64,000 nt of DNA from an uncultured Butyrivibrio sp. (GTDB taxonomy: Bacteria; Bacillota; Clostridia; Lachnospirales; Lachnospiraceae). Positions within the stretch are counted from its first letter, which is position 1, and every line of letters begins with the position of its first letter. The notes under the pieces were generated by a model. It was not told the DNA's origin and did not search any database. It worked only from the letters and a program-made list of their open reading frames with translations. A program made the position numbers and the translations under genes. The stretch is taken from positions 38,534 through 102,533 of the forward strand of contig CAMOSB010000002.1 of NCBI GenBank assembly GCA_946624415.1, read 5' to 3'. Below, piece after piece: positions 27,969 through 38,260 of the stretch.

Positions 27969-28409
27969 TCAGGCCCAGACCTCTTCCCTAAGACAATCCT
28001 TGCAGTCGCGAAGGATTCCCATGCTGCTGCAAAGGATCAGGACTTCGTTCCAGCAGGATGAAACTTCATCCGGAAGGCTATCGATGTCTTCAAATCTCCA
28101 CATTACTGCGAAATCCTCGTAACCTGTAAGATCATTGAATCCGTTAATCTCCCGATCAATCTCATCGAACACCGCTTGCCACTCATCTGAAGCCGTTCCG
28201 CAAAAGGCCACATTCTTGCAGCCCTTTGAAAGTATAGTATGTGCTGTGTCGCGAATGAGAGTTTCATCTATGATCTCATCAAGTACTATTATCACGGTGT
28301 TGTTGGAAAGGTCTCCGAAATTTCTTTTGCCTGATGAAATCCTTCCGCCTATAAGTCCGTATGTAATATTCTGGCTTGTCATCTGTTCCTGGTATATGTG
28401 CTGTATCAT
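27969..28409 (-). CDS. hypothetical protein
   Basis: Start MIQHIY with AAGGAGGT RBS (ORF track start is over-extended). Confidence 0.7.
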   Translation of the reverse strand: MIQHIYQEQMTSQNITYGLIGGRISSGKRNFGDLSNNTVIIVLDEIIDETLIRDTAHTILSKGCKNVAFCGTASDEWQAVFDEIDREINGFNDLTGYEDFAVMWRFEDIDSLPDEVSSCWNEVLILCSSMGILRDCKDCLREEVWA

Positions 28410-28631
28410 GTCGTACCTCCTTGATATCAATGCTACGGTTCCTGTTGTACATAGGATATCAAGTATTAAGTCCAATATTCTCCCCAGCATATCCGGGGAC
28501 CTGCGAGGCCTGCGACTGATTCTGAAGATTTTTTTGTATCTTTGCTTAATCTCTGCAACATTTTCGCCACCTGAGTTGTTTACCATGTAGAAGGCGAAAA
28601 CTTGTGTCATAATATCAGAAGGAGACTTATT

Positions 28632-29993
28632 ATGAAAAAGAATGTAAATAACGGAAAAAAGCGGGATAACAAAAGGCTTACAAACGCAGCCCTATGCTCG
28701 ATTCTTTCAGCAGCAATGCTGGCAGGATGCGCAGGTGCCTCCACACCAAACAGCACCGAATCAGCGCAAGCCCCGGCTGGCAGCTACGAGGCTCAGTCAG
28801 CCACCAGCGAATCAGCGCAAGCCCCGGCCAACAATGCCCCAGCTGACAGCGCCCCAAGCCAATCGCTGATCACCTCTGACTTCAACAAGGCGCTGGCCGA
28901 GTTCATTGAAGCTGCAGGGTATGAAAACGAGAACTACATGGTTTCGCCAACGTCCTTCCAGGCCGCCATGATACTGGCTGTGGCAGGAGCTGACGGCGAA
29001 ACAAAGGAGCAGCTGATCCACTCCATGGGCTTTAAGGACATGGATGAATATAATGCCTGGTACAGCAAGACCACTGAGCTAAAAACGTCCTTCGACGAAG
29101 ACATCGCTCTGGATGTGGAAGAGTTTGAAGCAAACAAGGAATGGTTCCCCGATGACAAGGCTCCGGAAGGGTCCCTCCTGATGCTGAATTCCATCTGGAA
29201 CAACACTGACTTAAGCGGCGAATTTGGCAAAGACTACCTGAAGGCTGTCCAGAAGGACTATAACGCCGAGGCAAACAATGTCACTGCAAAAGAGATGACA
29301 GAAAAAGTCAACGATTTCGTCAGCAAAGGCACAAACGGCCTGATACCACAGATTGCAGCCGATCTTTCAAAAGCAAACGCAGTCCTTGTAAACACCCTCT
29401 ACTTAAAGAGCGGCTGGATCAATTCCTTCAACGACTACCAGACAGCCAAGGGTCAGTTTACCACCGCCTCCGGGGACAAGACCGATAAGGAATTCATGGA
29501 ACAGCAGGAAAGCTTTTGGTACTATGAAGATGACGACAGCAAGCTGGTGTCACTCCCTCTTAACGGCGGCCTTGAGATGCTCCTGGTCCTTGGTGACAAC
29601 GAGGATTACCTGACGGCCCGTTCCAATGCCACCTTTGAAGCAGTCCACGTGAAGATGCCTAAATTTGACGTGGAGAGTTCTTTTACCCAGAACGAATTCA
29701 TAGACTTCCTGAAGGAACAGGGCGCAGATCTGGCATTCGATGGGAATGCTGACTTCTCTGTGATGTGCCCCGACACCTCCTGGTACATTTCCAACATCAT
29801 CCAGAAGACCAGGATAAAGGTGGACGAGGAAGGTCTTGAAGCAGCGGCAGCAACAGCCCTGATGATGACTGAATGCGCTTTTGAGGGGCCTATAGAGCCC
29901 AAGGAATTCATCGCCGACGAGCCTTTCAAATTCTACATCGTGGGAGGAGCCGATCACGACATGGTGCTCTTTAGCGGACAGATTGCACAATAA
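28632..29993 (+). CDS. serpin family lipoprotein
   Basis: Lipobox LAGC; NYMVSPTS, VNTLYLKSGW, KMPKF, DEEGLEAAAAT hinge, FIADEPF. Confidence 0.93.
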   Translation: MKKNVNNGKKRDNKRLTNAALCSILSAAMLAGCAGASTPNSTESAQAPAGSYEAQSATSESAQAPANNAPADSAPSQSLITSDFNKALAEFIEAAGYENENYMVSPTSFQAAMILAVAGADGETKEQLIHSMGFKDMDEYNAWYSKTTELKTSFDEDIALDVEEFEANKEWFPDDKAPEGSLLMLNSIWNNTDLSGEFGKDYLKAVQKDYNAEANNVTAKEMTEKVNDFVSKGTNGLIPQIAADLSKANAVLVNTLYLKSGWINSFNDYQTAKGQFTTASGDKTDKEFMEQQESFWYYEDDDSKLVSLPLNGGLEMLLVLGDNEDYLTARSNATFEAVHVKMPKFDVESSFTQNEFIDFLKEQGADLAFDGNADFSVMCPDTSWYISNIIQKTRIKVDEEGLEAAAATALMMTECAFEGPIEPKEFIADEPFKFYIVGGADHDMVLFSGQIAQ

Positions 29994-30016
29994 AATTTTC
30001 TATAGGAGGTAGCAAA

Positions 30017-30580
30017 ATGCAGGACAAGATTGCAGTAGTTTTCCCGGGAATCGGGTATCACATCGACAAGCCTCTTTTGTACTATACAAGGCGCCTGGCC
30101 AGGGAGGCAGGGTATGAGCTTATTGAGATCAGCTACAACTTTCCATATAAAGCCAAAGAGGTAAAAGACAATTCGGACAAGAAAAAGGATGCTTTCGCCC
30201 TGGCAGTTGAGCAGACGAAGCAGCAGCTTTCCCAGGTTAAGTTTGAAAACTATTCAAAAGTTCTTTTCATAGGAAAAAGTCTTGGAACTGCAGTTGCAGC
30301 CCATTATGACAAGGAACATGGCATCGGCGCCAAACACCTTATCCTGACGCCGGTTCCCAATACCTTTGATCACCTTAGGACCGGCTGTGGCATGGTGTAT
30401 CACGGCCTTTCCGACCCCTGGTGTGAGAATGACATAGTAAAAGAAATGTGCAGAAAATTAGAGCTTGAGCTCCATGAAATCCCCGATGCCAACCACTCTC
30501 TCGAAACCGGCAGCGTCCTGACTGATGCTGACAATCTGCGGGATTTACTGGCTCGCGTCAAAAGCTTTATTGAGGATTAA
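30017..30580 (+). CDS. alpha/beta hydrolase
   Basis: FPGIGY, GKSLG nucleophile elbow, D and H (ANHSL). Confidence 0.85.
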   Translation: MQDKIAVVFPGIGYHIDKPLLYYTRRLAREAGYELIEISYNFPYKAKEVKDNSDKKKDAFALAVEQTKQQLSQVKFENYSKVLFIGKSLGTAVAAHYDKEHGIGAKHLILTPVPNTFDHLRTGCGMVYHGLSDPWCENDIVKEMCRKLELELHEIPDANHSLETGSVLTDADNLRDLLARVKSFIED

Positions 30581-30586
30581 TCTTTA

Positions 30587-30614
30587 AAGGCCCCGGCAAT
30601 TAAGCCAGGGCCTT
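30587..30614. terminator. terminator between convergent genes
   Basis: AAGGCCCCGGC-aattaa-GCCAGGGCCTT. Confidence 0.65.
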
Positions 30615-30625
30615 ATCTTTATCTG

Positions 30626-31585
30626 TTATGCAACAGTTTCTTTTTGGCAATTATCATCCTTTTCTTCCATTCTTCTGAAGAAGTTGGCCAGGAGCGCGCC
30701 GGAAATGTTATGCCATACAGAGAAGATGGCTCCGGGTACTGTAGCCATGGCAAGATCCGGGAATGCAGATCCTGCAAGGGATGTGGCAAGTCCTGAATTC
30801 TGCATGCCGATCTCGATGGAAAGAGCTTTTTTCCTTGGAAGTGGCATCTTAAGTGCAAGACCAAGGCCGAATCCAACCAGGTAACCAAGAAGGTTGTGAA
30901 GAATAACAACCACGAATACGATGGCGCCTGTAGCAAGGATTCTCTCGGAGTTATGTGAAACAACCGCAGCCACGATCAATGTGATGGCGGTTACTGAAAT
31001 CAGTGGCAGAACATCGGCAACTTTCTGAGTATATTTTCCCCAGAACTTGTTGATGATAAAGCCCAGAGCAATGGGCACGATAACAACTTTGATGATTGAA
31101 AGGAACATGCTAAGGACGTCCACGCTGACTGTGGTCTTAAGCAAAAGATAAGTTATGGCAGGGGTCAAAAACGGCGCCAGCAGAGTGTTTACGCTGGTCA
31201 TTCCGACAGAAAGCGCCACGTCGCCACGGCTAAGATAGGTCATAACGTTGCTGGCTGTTCCTCCGGGACAGGTTCCCACAAGGATCACGCCGGCCAAAAG
31301 ACCTGCTTCCAATCCAAAAGCTTTTCCAAGAATAAAGGCCAGAAGTGGCATGATGGTGAACTGAGCAACGCAACCGATAATGATGTCCTTTGGACGCTTG
31401 AAGACGATGGCAAAATCATCAAGCTTCAGGGTCAGACCCATTCCAAACATGACGATCATAAGTAGATAATTGATCCATGATGTCTGTATCCACAGGCATG
31501 TCTTTGGCACAAACAGCGCCAGTGCTGCCACCACCAGAACAATGATGGCCATGTACTTCCCAACAAAATCACTTACTTTTTTCAT
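30626..31585 (-). CDS. bile acid:sodium symporter family transporter (PanS-like)
   Basis: MFGMGLTL, AQFTIMP, CPGGTASNV, EIGMQNSGLA, FSVWHNISG. Confidence 0.9.
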   Translation of the reverse strand: MKKVSDFVGKYMAIIVLVVAALALFVPKTCLWIQTSWINYLLMIVMFGMGLTLKLDDFAIVFKRPKDIIIGCVAQFTIMPLLAFILGKAFGLEAGLLAGVILVGTCPGGTASNVMTYLSRGDVALSVGMTSVNTLLAPFLTPAITYLLLKTTVSVDVLSMFLSIIKVVIVPIALGFIINKFWGKYTQKVADVLPLISVTAITLIVAAVVSHNSERILATGAIVFVVVILHNLLGYLVGFGLGLALKMPLPRKKALSIEIGMQNSGLATSLAGSAFPDLAMATVPGAIFSVWHNISGALLANFFRRMEEKDDNCQKETVA

Positions 31586-31707
31586 TTTCCTCACTCCTTC
31601 TGGATTCTCTCCAATATATTTTTACCCCCCCGAATGTTATAATTACTATAGCACCAATTCCGCCAAGTGGAAGAGGTTTTTTGCAATAAAACACGAGGAA
31701 AAGAACT

Positions 31708-32715
31708 ATGAGTAGAAATATACTGATCATAAATACCGGCGGAACCTTGTCTTCCGTCATGAAGGAGAGTGGCCTTGCGCCGGGGCTCACAAGCCAGGAC
31801 ATGCAAAAGGACCTTCACTTTGTCTCCGGCAATACCAATCTGGAAATTGAGGACTTCTGTTCCCTGGACAGCGCCAATATCTTCCCTGAAGACTGGAGCC
31901 GTCTTGCAAGGCACATTGCAGAGGTTAGAAATAACCACGACGGAATTGTGGTCATCCACGGCACAGACACCCTGGCCTACACCTCATCAATGCTGTCCTT
32001 CATGCTGCAGAATATCAACATTCCCGTGGTCATCACCGGCTCTCAGCTGTCCATCAAGAACCCTGTAGCCGATGCCATGGAGAACTGTCGCTGCGCCATA
32101 CACATGGCTGCCAGCGGGATTCCCGGCGTTTTTGTAGCCTTTAACAGGAAGGTGATATTGGGCTGTAGGGCTTCAAAGGTCAGGTCCCTTAGCTTCGACG
32201 CCTTTGAGAGCATCAACTATCCAAATGTTGCCACCATCAGCTCTTTAGGCATGAACATAGATGAGAAGGCGGTTCCGTTGCGTAAAGGCGTGTTCAGCCT
32301 GTCGGATGTTTACTCTTCAAAGGTCTGCATGATAAAGATGTTCCCGGGGATGCACAGAAGTTTTCTGGAGTCTTTAGCGGACCAGGGCTACAAGGGCATC
32401 TACATCGAGGCCTACGGCATTGGAGGGATGCCCTTTGTTAAGCATGATTTCATCAGCACTTTGGAAAAGCTCATCGAAGACGGAATAACTGTGGTTGTGG
32501 GAACCCAGTGTACCTACGAAGGCTCCAAAATGAATGTGTATGAAACCGGTCGCCGTGCCCTGGAAATCGGAGTCCTGCAGGCCCACGACATGACCAGCGA
32601 AGCGGCCCTTACAAAACTCATGTGGATCCTCGGAATGACAGAGAATCCTTCAGAGATAAAGGACTATTACGGGATCAACATCGCCGGCGAACTCACGGAA
32701 AATCCTCAAGCCTAA
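31708..32715 (+). CDS. ansA: type I L-asparaginase
   Basis: NTGGT, HGTDT, TGSQ, FESIN. Confidence 0.9.
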   Translation: MSRNILIINTGGTLSSVMKESGLAPGLTSQDMQKDLHFVSGNTNLEIEDFCSLDSANIFPEDWSRLARHIAEVRNNHDGIVVIHGTDTLAYTSSMLSFMLQNINIPVVITGSQLSIKNPVADAMENCRCAIHMAASGIPGVFVAFNRKVILGCRASKVRSLSFDAFESINYPNVATISSLGMNIDEKAVPLRKGVFSLSDVYSSKVCMIKMFPGMHRSFLESLADQGYKGIYIEAYGIGGMPFVKHDFISTLEKLIEDGITVVVGTQCTYEGSKMNVYETGRRALEIGVLQAHDMTSEAALTKLMWILGMTENPSEIKDYYGINIAGELTENPQA

Positions 32716-33421
32716 GTTCCAGGTCCGCAGGCAGCGAATGATTCAGGCACAGCCTTACATTTCTCATGTCACTGAAGTCCACAAAAGCCTCAGCCTTATC
32801 CCTTGAGTTTCCGCTGGCTTCCTTCCTGTCCACCAGGCGCTTTCGAAGTACCTCTTCATCGCCCCGAAGGAATATGGTGTAGTCCGCCATTTTGTGAATA
32901 TCCCGCCATCCTTCCTCATCAAGCAAAAGATAATTACCCTCAAGGATCACAATGTCTCCGGTTACGGTTATGGCGTCCTCAATGGGGTTATGCAGATGCC
33001 TGTCATAAGTGGGCCAGAGGGCAGTTCCGCCTGCAAGCACCTCTTTTATCTTGGTAACAAACGCCCCCAGATCAAAGGTCACCGGAGCTCCTTTTATCTG
33101 GACCATGGGAATCATCTTTCCGTCCACCTCAGTTTCATGGGAAGTAAGATACTCCTGCCTCCTGTGAAAGCCATCCATGCCAATGGCCTGCACCGTAAGC
33201 TCCGGCAAAAGAGCTTTCGCATAGTATTCAAGAAAACTGACAAGAGTGCTCTTTCCCGCTCCCGGAGGTGCAGCGATCATGGCAAGAACACGGCCGCCTT
33301 TTTGTTGCCGAATTTCCACAAGGTGCATAAGCAGTGGCTCAATGACGTTCTTAATGGCATCGGCACTATATGTAGCCTCCACATCTATTCCGTTTATGTT
33401 CACGTTATAATTCATAGCCAT
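32693..33421 (-). CDS. P-loop nucleoside/pantothenate-type kinase (YggC-like)
   Basis: APPGAGKST, MDGFH, KGAPVTFD, EGNYLL. Confidence 0.85.
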   Translation of the reverse strand: MAMNYNVNINGIDVEATYSADAIKNVIEPLLMHLVEIRQQKGGRVLAMIAAPPGAGKSTLVSFLEYYAKALLPELTVQAIGMDGFHRRQEYLTSHETEVDGKMIPMVQIKGAPVTFDLGAFVTKIKEVLAGGTALWPTYDRHLHNPIEDAITVTGDIVILEGNYLLLDEEGWRDIHKMADYTIFLRGDEEVLRKRLVDRKEASGNSRDKAEAFVDFSDMRNVRLCLNHSLPADLELRLEDFP

Positions 33422-33448
33422 CCACCAATTAAATATAGATTCAGGGCA

Positions 33449-34258
33449 TTACTTTCTGTAGAATTCCTCCAGCTCCCTGCGGGCATCCACAAGCGCCCTT
33501 TTCATGCTCTCATTCTTAGTAGGGAATTCAAACATCCTGTAGATGTAACCCTGCTCCCTGGCAAGCTCCCAGCTCTTTGGATAAACCAGCTCAAAGGCAA
33601 GGGCAATATGCCCGATAAGGTGCTCCGCCGGAGTCTCCATAATGCTGCGGACCACTGCATGATGCTCCCTGACCTGCTCCATAACCTTATCAGAAACACC
33701 GCTTGTCAAAAGAACTTCTTCCGTAACGTTATATATTTCCTCCATGGGGGTCTCAACATTCACCCGAAGGATGTCAACCTTGTCAGCGTCCCGAAGTATG
33801 TTGCAGAAAACAAGCGTATCTCCGTCAACTGAAGGATCGATCCTGTACTTGTTGTGCTGCCGGATCACCGTCTCCATCATACTATTGAATGAAGTATCAG
33901 GCCCTCTTCCATAGTCCTCTTCACTTCCCTCATCTGAGGATTCCACATAATCTTCGATCAGCCTGTCAGGCCCAAAGAGGAGCTCCGCACCGAACTCCGC
34001 ATGGTCCACGGAATCAGCGTCAATAAAGGTATTATATCTTTTAACCTGTTCAAACCTTCCAACATCATGCAGCATCCCCGAGAGCCAGGCAAATTCCACG
34101 CCCTCCTCATCCAGTCCGATTGATTTTGCAATCTGCTCACAGTTATCCGCCACCCGATAGGTATGGGCAATCTTCAGCGCTATCTTCGTATCCTCAGGAT
34201 CATATTTCCTTGTATATGAGGCAAAGGCCTCCTTCACATGTTGTCTGTCTATCATCAT
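33449..34258 (-). CDS. HD domain phosphohydrolase
   Basis: KIAHT, LHDVGRFEQ, DHAEFG, HN, RDADK. Confidence 0.88.
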   Translation of the reverse strand: MMIDRQHVKEAFASYTRKYDPEDTKIALKIAHTYRVADNCEQIAKSIGLDEEGVEFAWLSGMLHDVGRFEQVKRYNTFIDADSVDHAEFGAELLFGPDRLIEDYVESSDEGSEEDYGRGPDTSFNSMMETVIRQHNKYRIDPSVDGDTLVFCNILRDADKVDILRVNVETPMEEIYNVTEEVLLTSGVSDKVMEQVREHHAVVRSIMETPAEHLIGHIALAFELVYPKSWELAREQGYIYRMFEFPTKNESMKRALVDARRELEEFYRK

Positions 34259-34454
34259 ATCTATGACTTTAATAAACTCCTCTGATATCTTACCTGCAAG
34301 TATAACACTCTCCTGTTGTTTTCTCCAAGAAACATCACTAACGAGAAAGTTTCTTAAATTTTCATTAATGTTAATTTTTTGCTCGGAAAATGGTGTAAAA
34401 TTTTGTTATATAATGACTAATTTATTGGTTCTGAATTTGCCTGCAGGAGGCTTT

Positions 34455-35888
34455 ATGCAATCAGATTTAATCATAAAGGAAAATGAATTAATAAATCCAG
34501 CTGATTATCCTGAAGATCAGCGCGCTCTGGTTGAGGATTTTAATGCACGCATTAAGCGTCTGACCGGCATCATTACCGGAATCGGAAAAGAGTATCATAC
34601 AATCTGGGTCATCAATGTCAATACAAAGAAGATGTATCTGTACCGCTCTACAGGAGAAAATACTAACCGTTATGCGGTGGAACTGGGTTTTCGATTTGAC
34701 AATTATGACCGTTATATTGAGGAATACGTAGATCGTTTCGTGGTAACCAACATCGAGAGCATTCAGCGTGATGTGAAGATGGACGTCGTTTTTTCAAGGA
34801 TCAAAGACGGCGAGATGTTTACGCTTGATTACATGCGTCTGGCTGATGATGGGAATATGTCCTATCATCAGATGGCATTCGCCTTGGCAGGACTCCCGGG
34901 AGAAACTGATAATTTCATCCTGGCCTTCAGGGATATTGATAAATCCATTCGTAAGCATATTTCCGACAAGCGCTATTTAAGAGAACAGCTGGATATAGTG
35001 GAAACCTTAAGCCGCGATTACTACAATATCTTCAAGATCAATCCCCAGACCGGTGATGTAGTGATCTTAAAGCTGGACGGCTATGTTACAAAAGGTATGG
35101 AAGGAGCCGGCGAAAAGGTATATTCCTACGATGTACTCTATAAGCAGTACGTAAAGGATCGTGTGTATTCAGAGGATCAGGAATGGATGTATGATGCAAT
35201 CTCTCTGGACACAATCAAAAATAGGCTGGTTGATAATTCAGAGTATGTTTCCAGTTACCGTGTTATGGATAAAGGCGAAGTCCACTATTATCAGTTCACG
35301 TATATTCCCATCAACACCAATATTCCTAACAGCGATGTGCTGGCCGGTTTCAAAAACGTAGACGATGTTGTGGCCTCAGCAAAGGAGCGACAGGATCTTG
35401 AGATACTGGCAAGCACCGATATGATGACAGGTATTCTGAACCGTGGCAGCGGCGAACGAAAAGTGATCGACGCCATGGCAAACAACAAAGTGGGAATGCT
35501 CTGCATCCTGGATGTGGACAAGTTCAAGAACATCAATGATGAATTAGGCCATAATGTGGGTGATAAGGTTCTTCGCAGGATTGCGGACGTATTAAAGATC
35601 ACCTTCAGGGATGAAGATATCATCTTCCGTTTGGGCGGCGATGAGTATGCCGTATATGTTATGAATCTGCAGGATAAAAAAGCCGGGAAAGTGGTTATGG
35701 ACCGTGTCTTTAAAGGAATCGCCAAGATGGAAGTTCCGGAACTTGAAGACAGAGAAATCTGTGTCAGCGCAGGTGCAGTCTTCTTCAAAAAAGGCGAAAA
35801 ACGCTCCTTCGATGAACTCTACAAACTGGCAGACAGCGGTGTATATGAGAGCAAAAAGATAGGCGGAAGCGCCCTGAATTTCCGATGA
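34455..35888 (+). CDS. diguanylate cyclase (PAS-like repeats + GGDEY domain)
   Basis: DMMTGILNR, DVDKFKNIND..GH..GD, RLGGDEY; start MQSDL with AGGAGG RBS. Confidence 0.9.
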   Translation: MQSDLIIKENELINPADYPEDQRALVEDFNARIKRLTGIITGIGKEYHTIWVINVNTKKMYLYRSTGENTNRYAVELGFRFDNYDRYIEEYVDRFVVTNIESIQRDVKMDVVFSRIKDGEMFTLDYMRLADDGNMSYHQMAFALAGLPGETDNFILAFRDIDKSIRKHISDKRYLREQLDIVETLSRDYYNIFKINPQTGDVVILKLDGYVTKGMEGAGEKVYSYDVLYKQYVKDRVYSEDQEWMYDAISLDTIKNRLVDNSEYVSSYRVMDKGEVHYYQFTYIPINTNIPNSDVLAGFKNVDDVVASAKERQDLEILASTDMMTGILNRGSGERKVIDAMANNKVGMLCILDVDKFKNINDELGHNVGDKVLRRIADVLKITFRDEDIIFRLGGDEYAVYVMNLQDKKAGKVVMDRVFKGIAKMEVPELEDREICVSAGAVFFKKGEKRSFDELYKLADSGVYESKKIGGSALNFR

Positions 35889-35905
35889 TTTTCAATTATT
35901 TCCCG

Positions 35906-35947
35906 AAAAAAAGACTAAGGCAAATCCTGGTTTGCCTTAGTCTTTTT
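35906..35947. terminator. bidirectional terminator
   Basis: AAAAAGACTAAGGCAAA-tcctgg-TTTGCCTTAGTCTTTTT. Confidence 0.85.
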
Positions 35948-35992
35948 AATTAAACCAACTCTTCACGAGGCCGATCACAAAACTATTCTACA

Positions 35993-36979
35993 TCAGTTCG
36001 AAGCAGAATTTGCTGCGGAAGCTGCCATGATAGCACAGAACATTGCAATCTGTTCAGCTACGACTCTTGCAATGACTCCGCTTACAACAGAAGCCCCGGT
36101 CTTGTTGTCACCTGAATCGTTCAGGCTTGAAACGATCATGGTCCCGAACATAAGCCTTGTCTGCTTGCTCATATCAAACATCTTGAATCCCTTATAACCC
36201 TTGATGTAATCAGCAATCTCGATGATCTCTGAAACTATATCATCCATGTTGCCCTCAAGTCCGATCAGTGTTCCGATGGATGCCAGCTCATAATTCTTGC
36301 CGTACTTGGCGCCAGCCTCCTTAAAGGCATCAAAGTACTCCAGTGCTTTCTCTCTTTTTCCCTCAGAATTCCCATCATAAGAAGTAAGGACCTGACTCAG
36401 GGAATAGGACGCATTCTCATGAAGCGCAAAGCTCTTTTTAATGTACCGGAAAGTATCTTCAAGTTCCGTCAGGATATCATCAACATTCTTGTTAGTCATG
36501 GCAAGAAGGACAGCAAAGCAGGTATCCTCGTCGCTGGTCAGGAACATATGCTCCTTCTTCATGCCCTTCAGGATCATATTGGTGCGCTCAACAATATCAT
36601 CAGCCTCTGATAATCTTCCACTGTCGCAGATGGTCATGGCTGCCAGAGCCCTGTAGCCGGAACTCCAGAACTTACCCTGCTGAAGCTTTTTGTAAACCTC
36701 TATAACGTCATCGACATATTGCTCAGGATCAGCACTTAAGGCCATCTTGGCAGAAAGAATCAGCTCGTTGTTTCCGCGAAGCTCAGAAAAAGCCCCCTGC
36801 TTTTTCCTTAAGATCTTCCTGGCTTCCTTAAGTACCTCCGAGTCAGCCACCAGGCCCTTTTCAGCAAAGGCAGAAGCTGCAACTGCGGTGATAAGGCTGT
36901 TCTCCAGCCAGAATCCCTTGTGGATCACCTCATAGTTCTCTGTCAATAAATCGCATCTTTTCTTGGTAGTGTCTTTCAT
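35993..36979 (-). CDS. DUF4003 family protein
   Basis: MKKEHMFLTSDEDTCFAVLLA motif, helical, Ala-rich C-terminus. Confidence 0.75.
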   Translation of the reverse strand: MKDTTKKRCDLLTENYEVIHKGFWLENSLITAVAASAFAEKGLVADSEVLKEARKILRKKQGAFSELRGNNELILSAKMALSADPEQYVDDVIEVYKKLQQGKFWSSGYRALAAMTICDSGRLSEADDIVERTNMILKGMKKEHMFLTSDEDTCFAVLLAMTNKNVDDILTELEDTFRYIKKSFALHENASYSLSQVLTSYDGNSEGKREKALEYFDAFKEAGAKYGKNYELASIGTLIGLEGNMDDIVSEIIEIADYIKGYKGFKMFDMSKQTRLMFGTMIVSSLNDSGDNKTGASVVSGVIARVVAEQIAMFCAIMAASAANSASN

Positions 36980-37166
36980 AGTCTCTCCTTCCGATGTCAA
37001 ATTTACCCAACAATATTTATTAAACTCTGATTATATCAGACAATTAAGGAAATTTTGTGACCATTCCCACCATTGTAATATTTGATTATAATATAATGAT
37101 ATAGGTGTCAAAAGAAATATTGACGCCATATGAAACTATACAATCACCCAATTTAGCGAGGTCAAA

Positions 37167-38036
37167 ATGAAAGAATACACAATCTCAAACAGCACCTATA
37201 CTCTCACAGTTTCAGACCACGGCGCCGAGATCCGTTCCCTCAAAAAGGACGGAGTCGAGCTCATGTGGCAGGCTGACCCTAAATTCTGGGGGCGCACATC
37301 ACCGGTCCTCTTCCCCCTTGTAGGCAATTACTGGGAAAAGAAATCCAGGTGGAAGGACAAGGTTTACGAGATGTCCCAGCACGGTTTTGCCCGTGATATG
37401 GACTTTACACTCCTGTCCAAGGCAGAAGACGAACTCTGGTTTGAACTTAAGGAAAACGAGGACACCCTTGCCAAATATCCCTTCGCCTTCATCCTTCAGC
37501 TTGGCTACAAACTCAGTAGCGACGGCGTAGAGGTCCTCTGGAAGGTGATAAATCATGCAGACAGCGAGATCTCTTTTTCCATAGGCGGACATCCGGCATT
37601 TAACTGCGACCTGACCAAGGACAGGCTACTTTTCACCAAAAATGGACAGCCTCTGGCTTCACCACTTAGGTCCGGAATCATCGCAGACGACGGCAGCGGA
37701 TGTCTTTCTGACAGGGTAAAAGAGCTTTCTCTTACAGAGGGCAAGCTGGACCTGTCCTATGAACTTTTCGATGAGGATGCGCTTATCCTGGAAGATCGCC
37801 AGGCCGATGCTGTGACAGTTATTGATGCCACAGGAAAAGAACTTTTGACTGTAGCCTTCGATGCTCCGCTTTTTGGAGTATGGTCTCCCGCCGGGAAAAA
37901 GGCTCCCTTTGTGTGCATAGAGCCCTGGTACGGCAGATGCGACAGAGTAGGCTTTACAGGACAGATAAACGAGAGAGAATACGCAAACACCCTGGCTCCA
38001 AAGGCAGAGTTTAGCGTAAGCTACACCATCCGTTAA
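37167..38036 (+). CDS. aldose 1-epimerase family (LacX-like)
   Basis: WQAD..W..SPVLFP, QHGFARD, GGHPAF, FVCIEPW. Confidence 0.9.
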   Translation: MKEYTISNSTYTLTVSDHGAEIRSLKKDGVELMWQADPKFWGRTSPVLFPLVGNYWEKKSRWKDKVYEMSQHGFARDMDFTLLSKAEDELWFELKENEDTLAKYPFAFILQLGYKLSSDGVEVLWKVINHADSEISFSIGGHPAFNCDLTKDRLLFTKNGQPLASPLRSGIIADDGSGCLSDRVKELSLTEGKLDLSYELFDEDALILEDRQADAVTVIDATGKELLTVAFDAPLFGVWSPAGKKAPFVCIEPWYGRCDRVGFTGQINEREYANTLAPKAEFSVSYTIR

Positions 38037-38245
38037 TAGATCTTCTCAATATCTCCGGTTATACCGTACTCTTTCATAAAAGAAGACAAATTGCCCCTGG
38101 TCCGGATCAGCATCACTTCCTTGAAGGCACCGGTGTGGATATTCTGAAATCCCGCCACCTGTTCGCCGTTGCAGATGCTGCATTTGATCACGGGCTTTTC
38201 GTTTTCTTTGTCATAGGTTTTTGTTTCTGTCTTCTTAAAAAACAT
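38033..38245 (-). CDS. small conserved hypothetical protein
   Basis: PVIKCSICNGEQVAGF..G.F.EVMLI pattern. Confidence 0.7.
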   Translation of the reverse strand: MFFKKTETKTYDKENEKPVIKCSICNGEQVAGFQNIHTGAFKEVMLIRTRGNLSSFMKEYGITGDIEKIY

Positions 38246-38260
38246 GATCCCAATCCTTTT

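Noticed and set aside
28430-28520. Riboswitch-like leader upstream of the 28409 gene (also 27795-27850)
   Set aside because: Hairpins are present but I recognise no known aptamer consensus.
28751-28828. Direct DNA repeat in the serpin 5' region as a mobile or recombination site
   Set aside because: Explained by an in-frame linker duplication (ESAQAPA).
32894-33832. 312-aa plus-strand ORF (and similar shadow ORFs such as 51361..52041, 57270..57908, 44301..44852)
   Set aside because: Antisense to well-supported genes, with no motifs or RBS.
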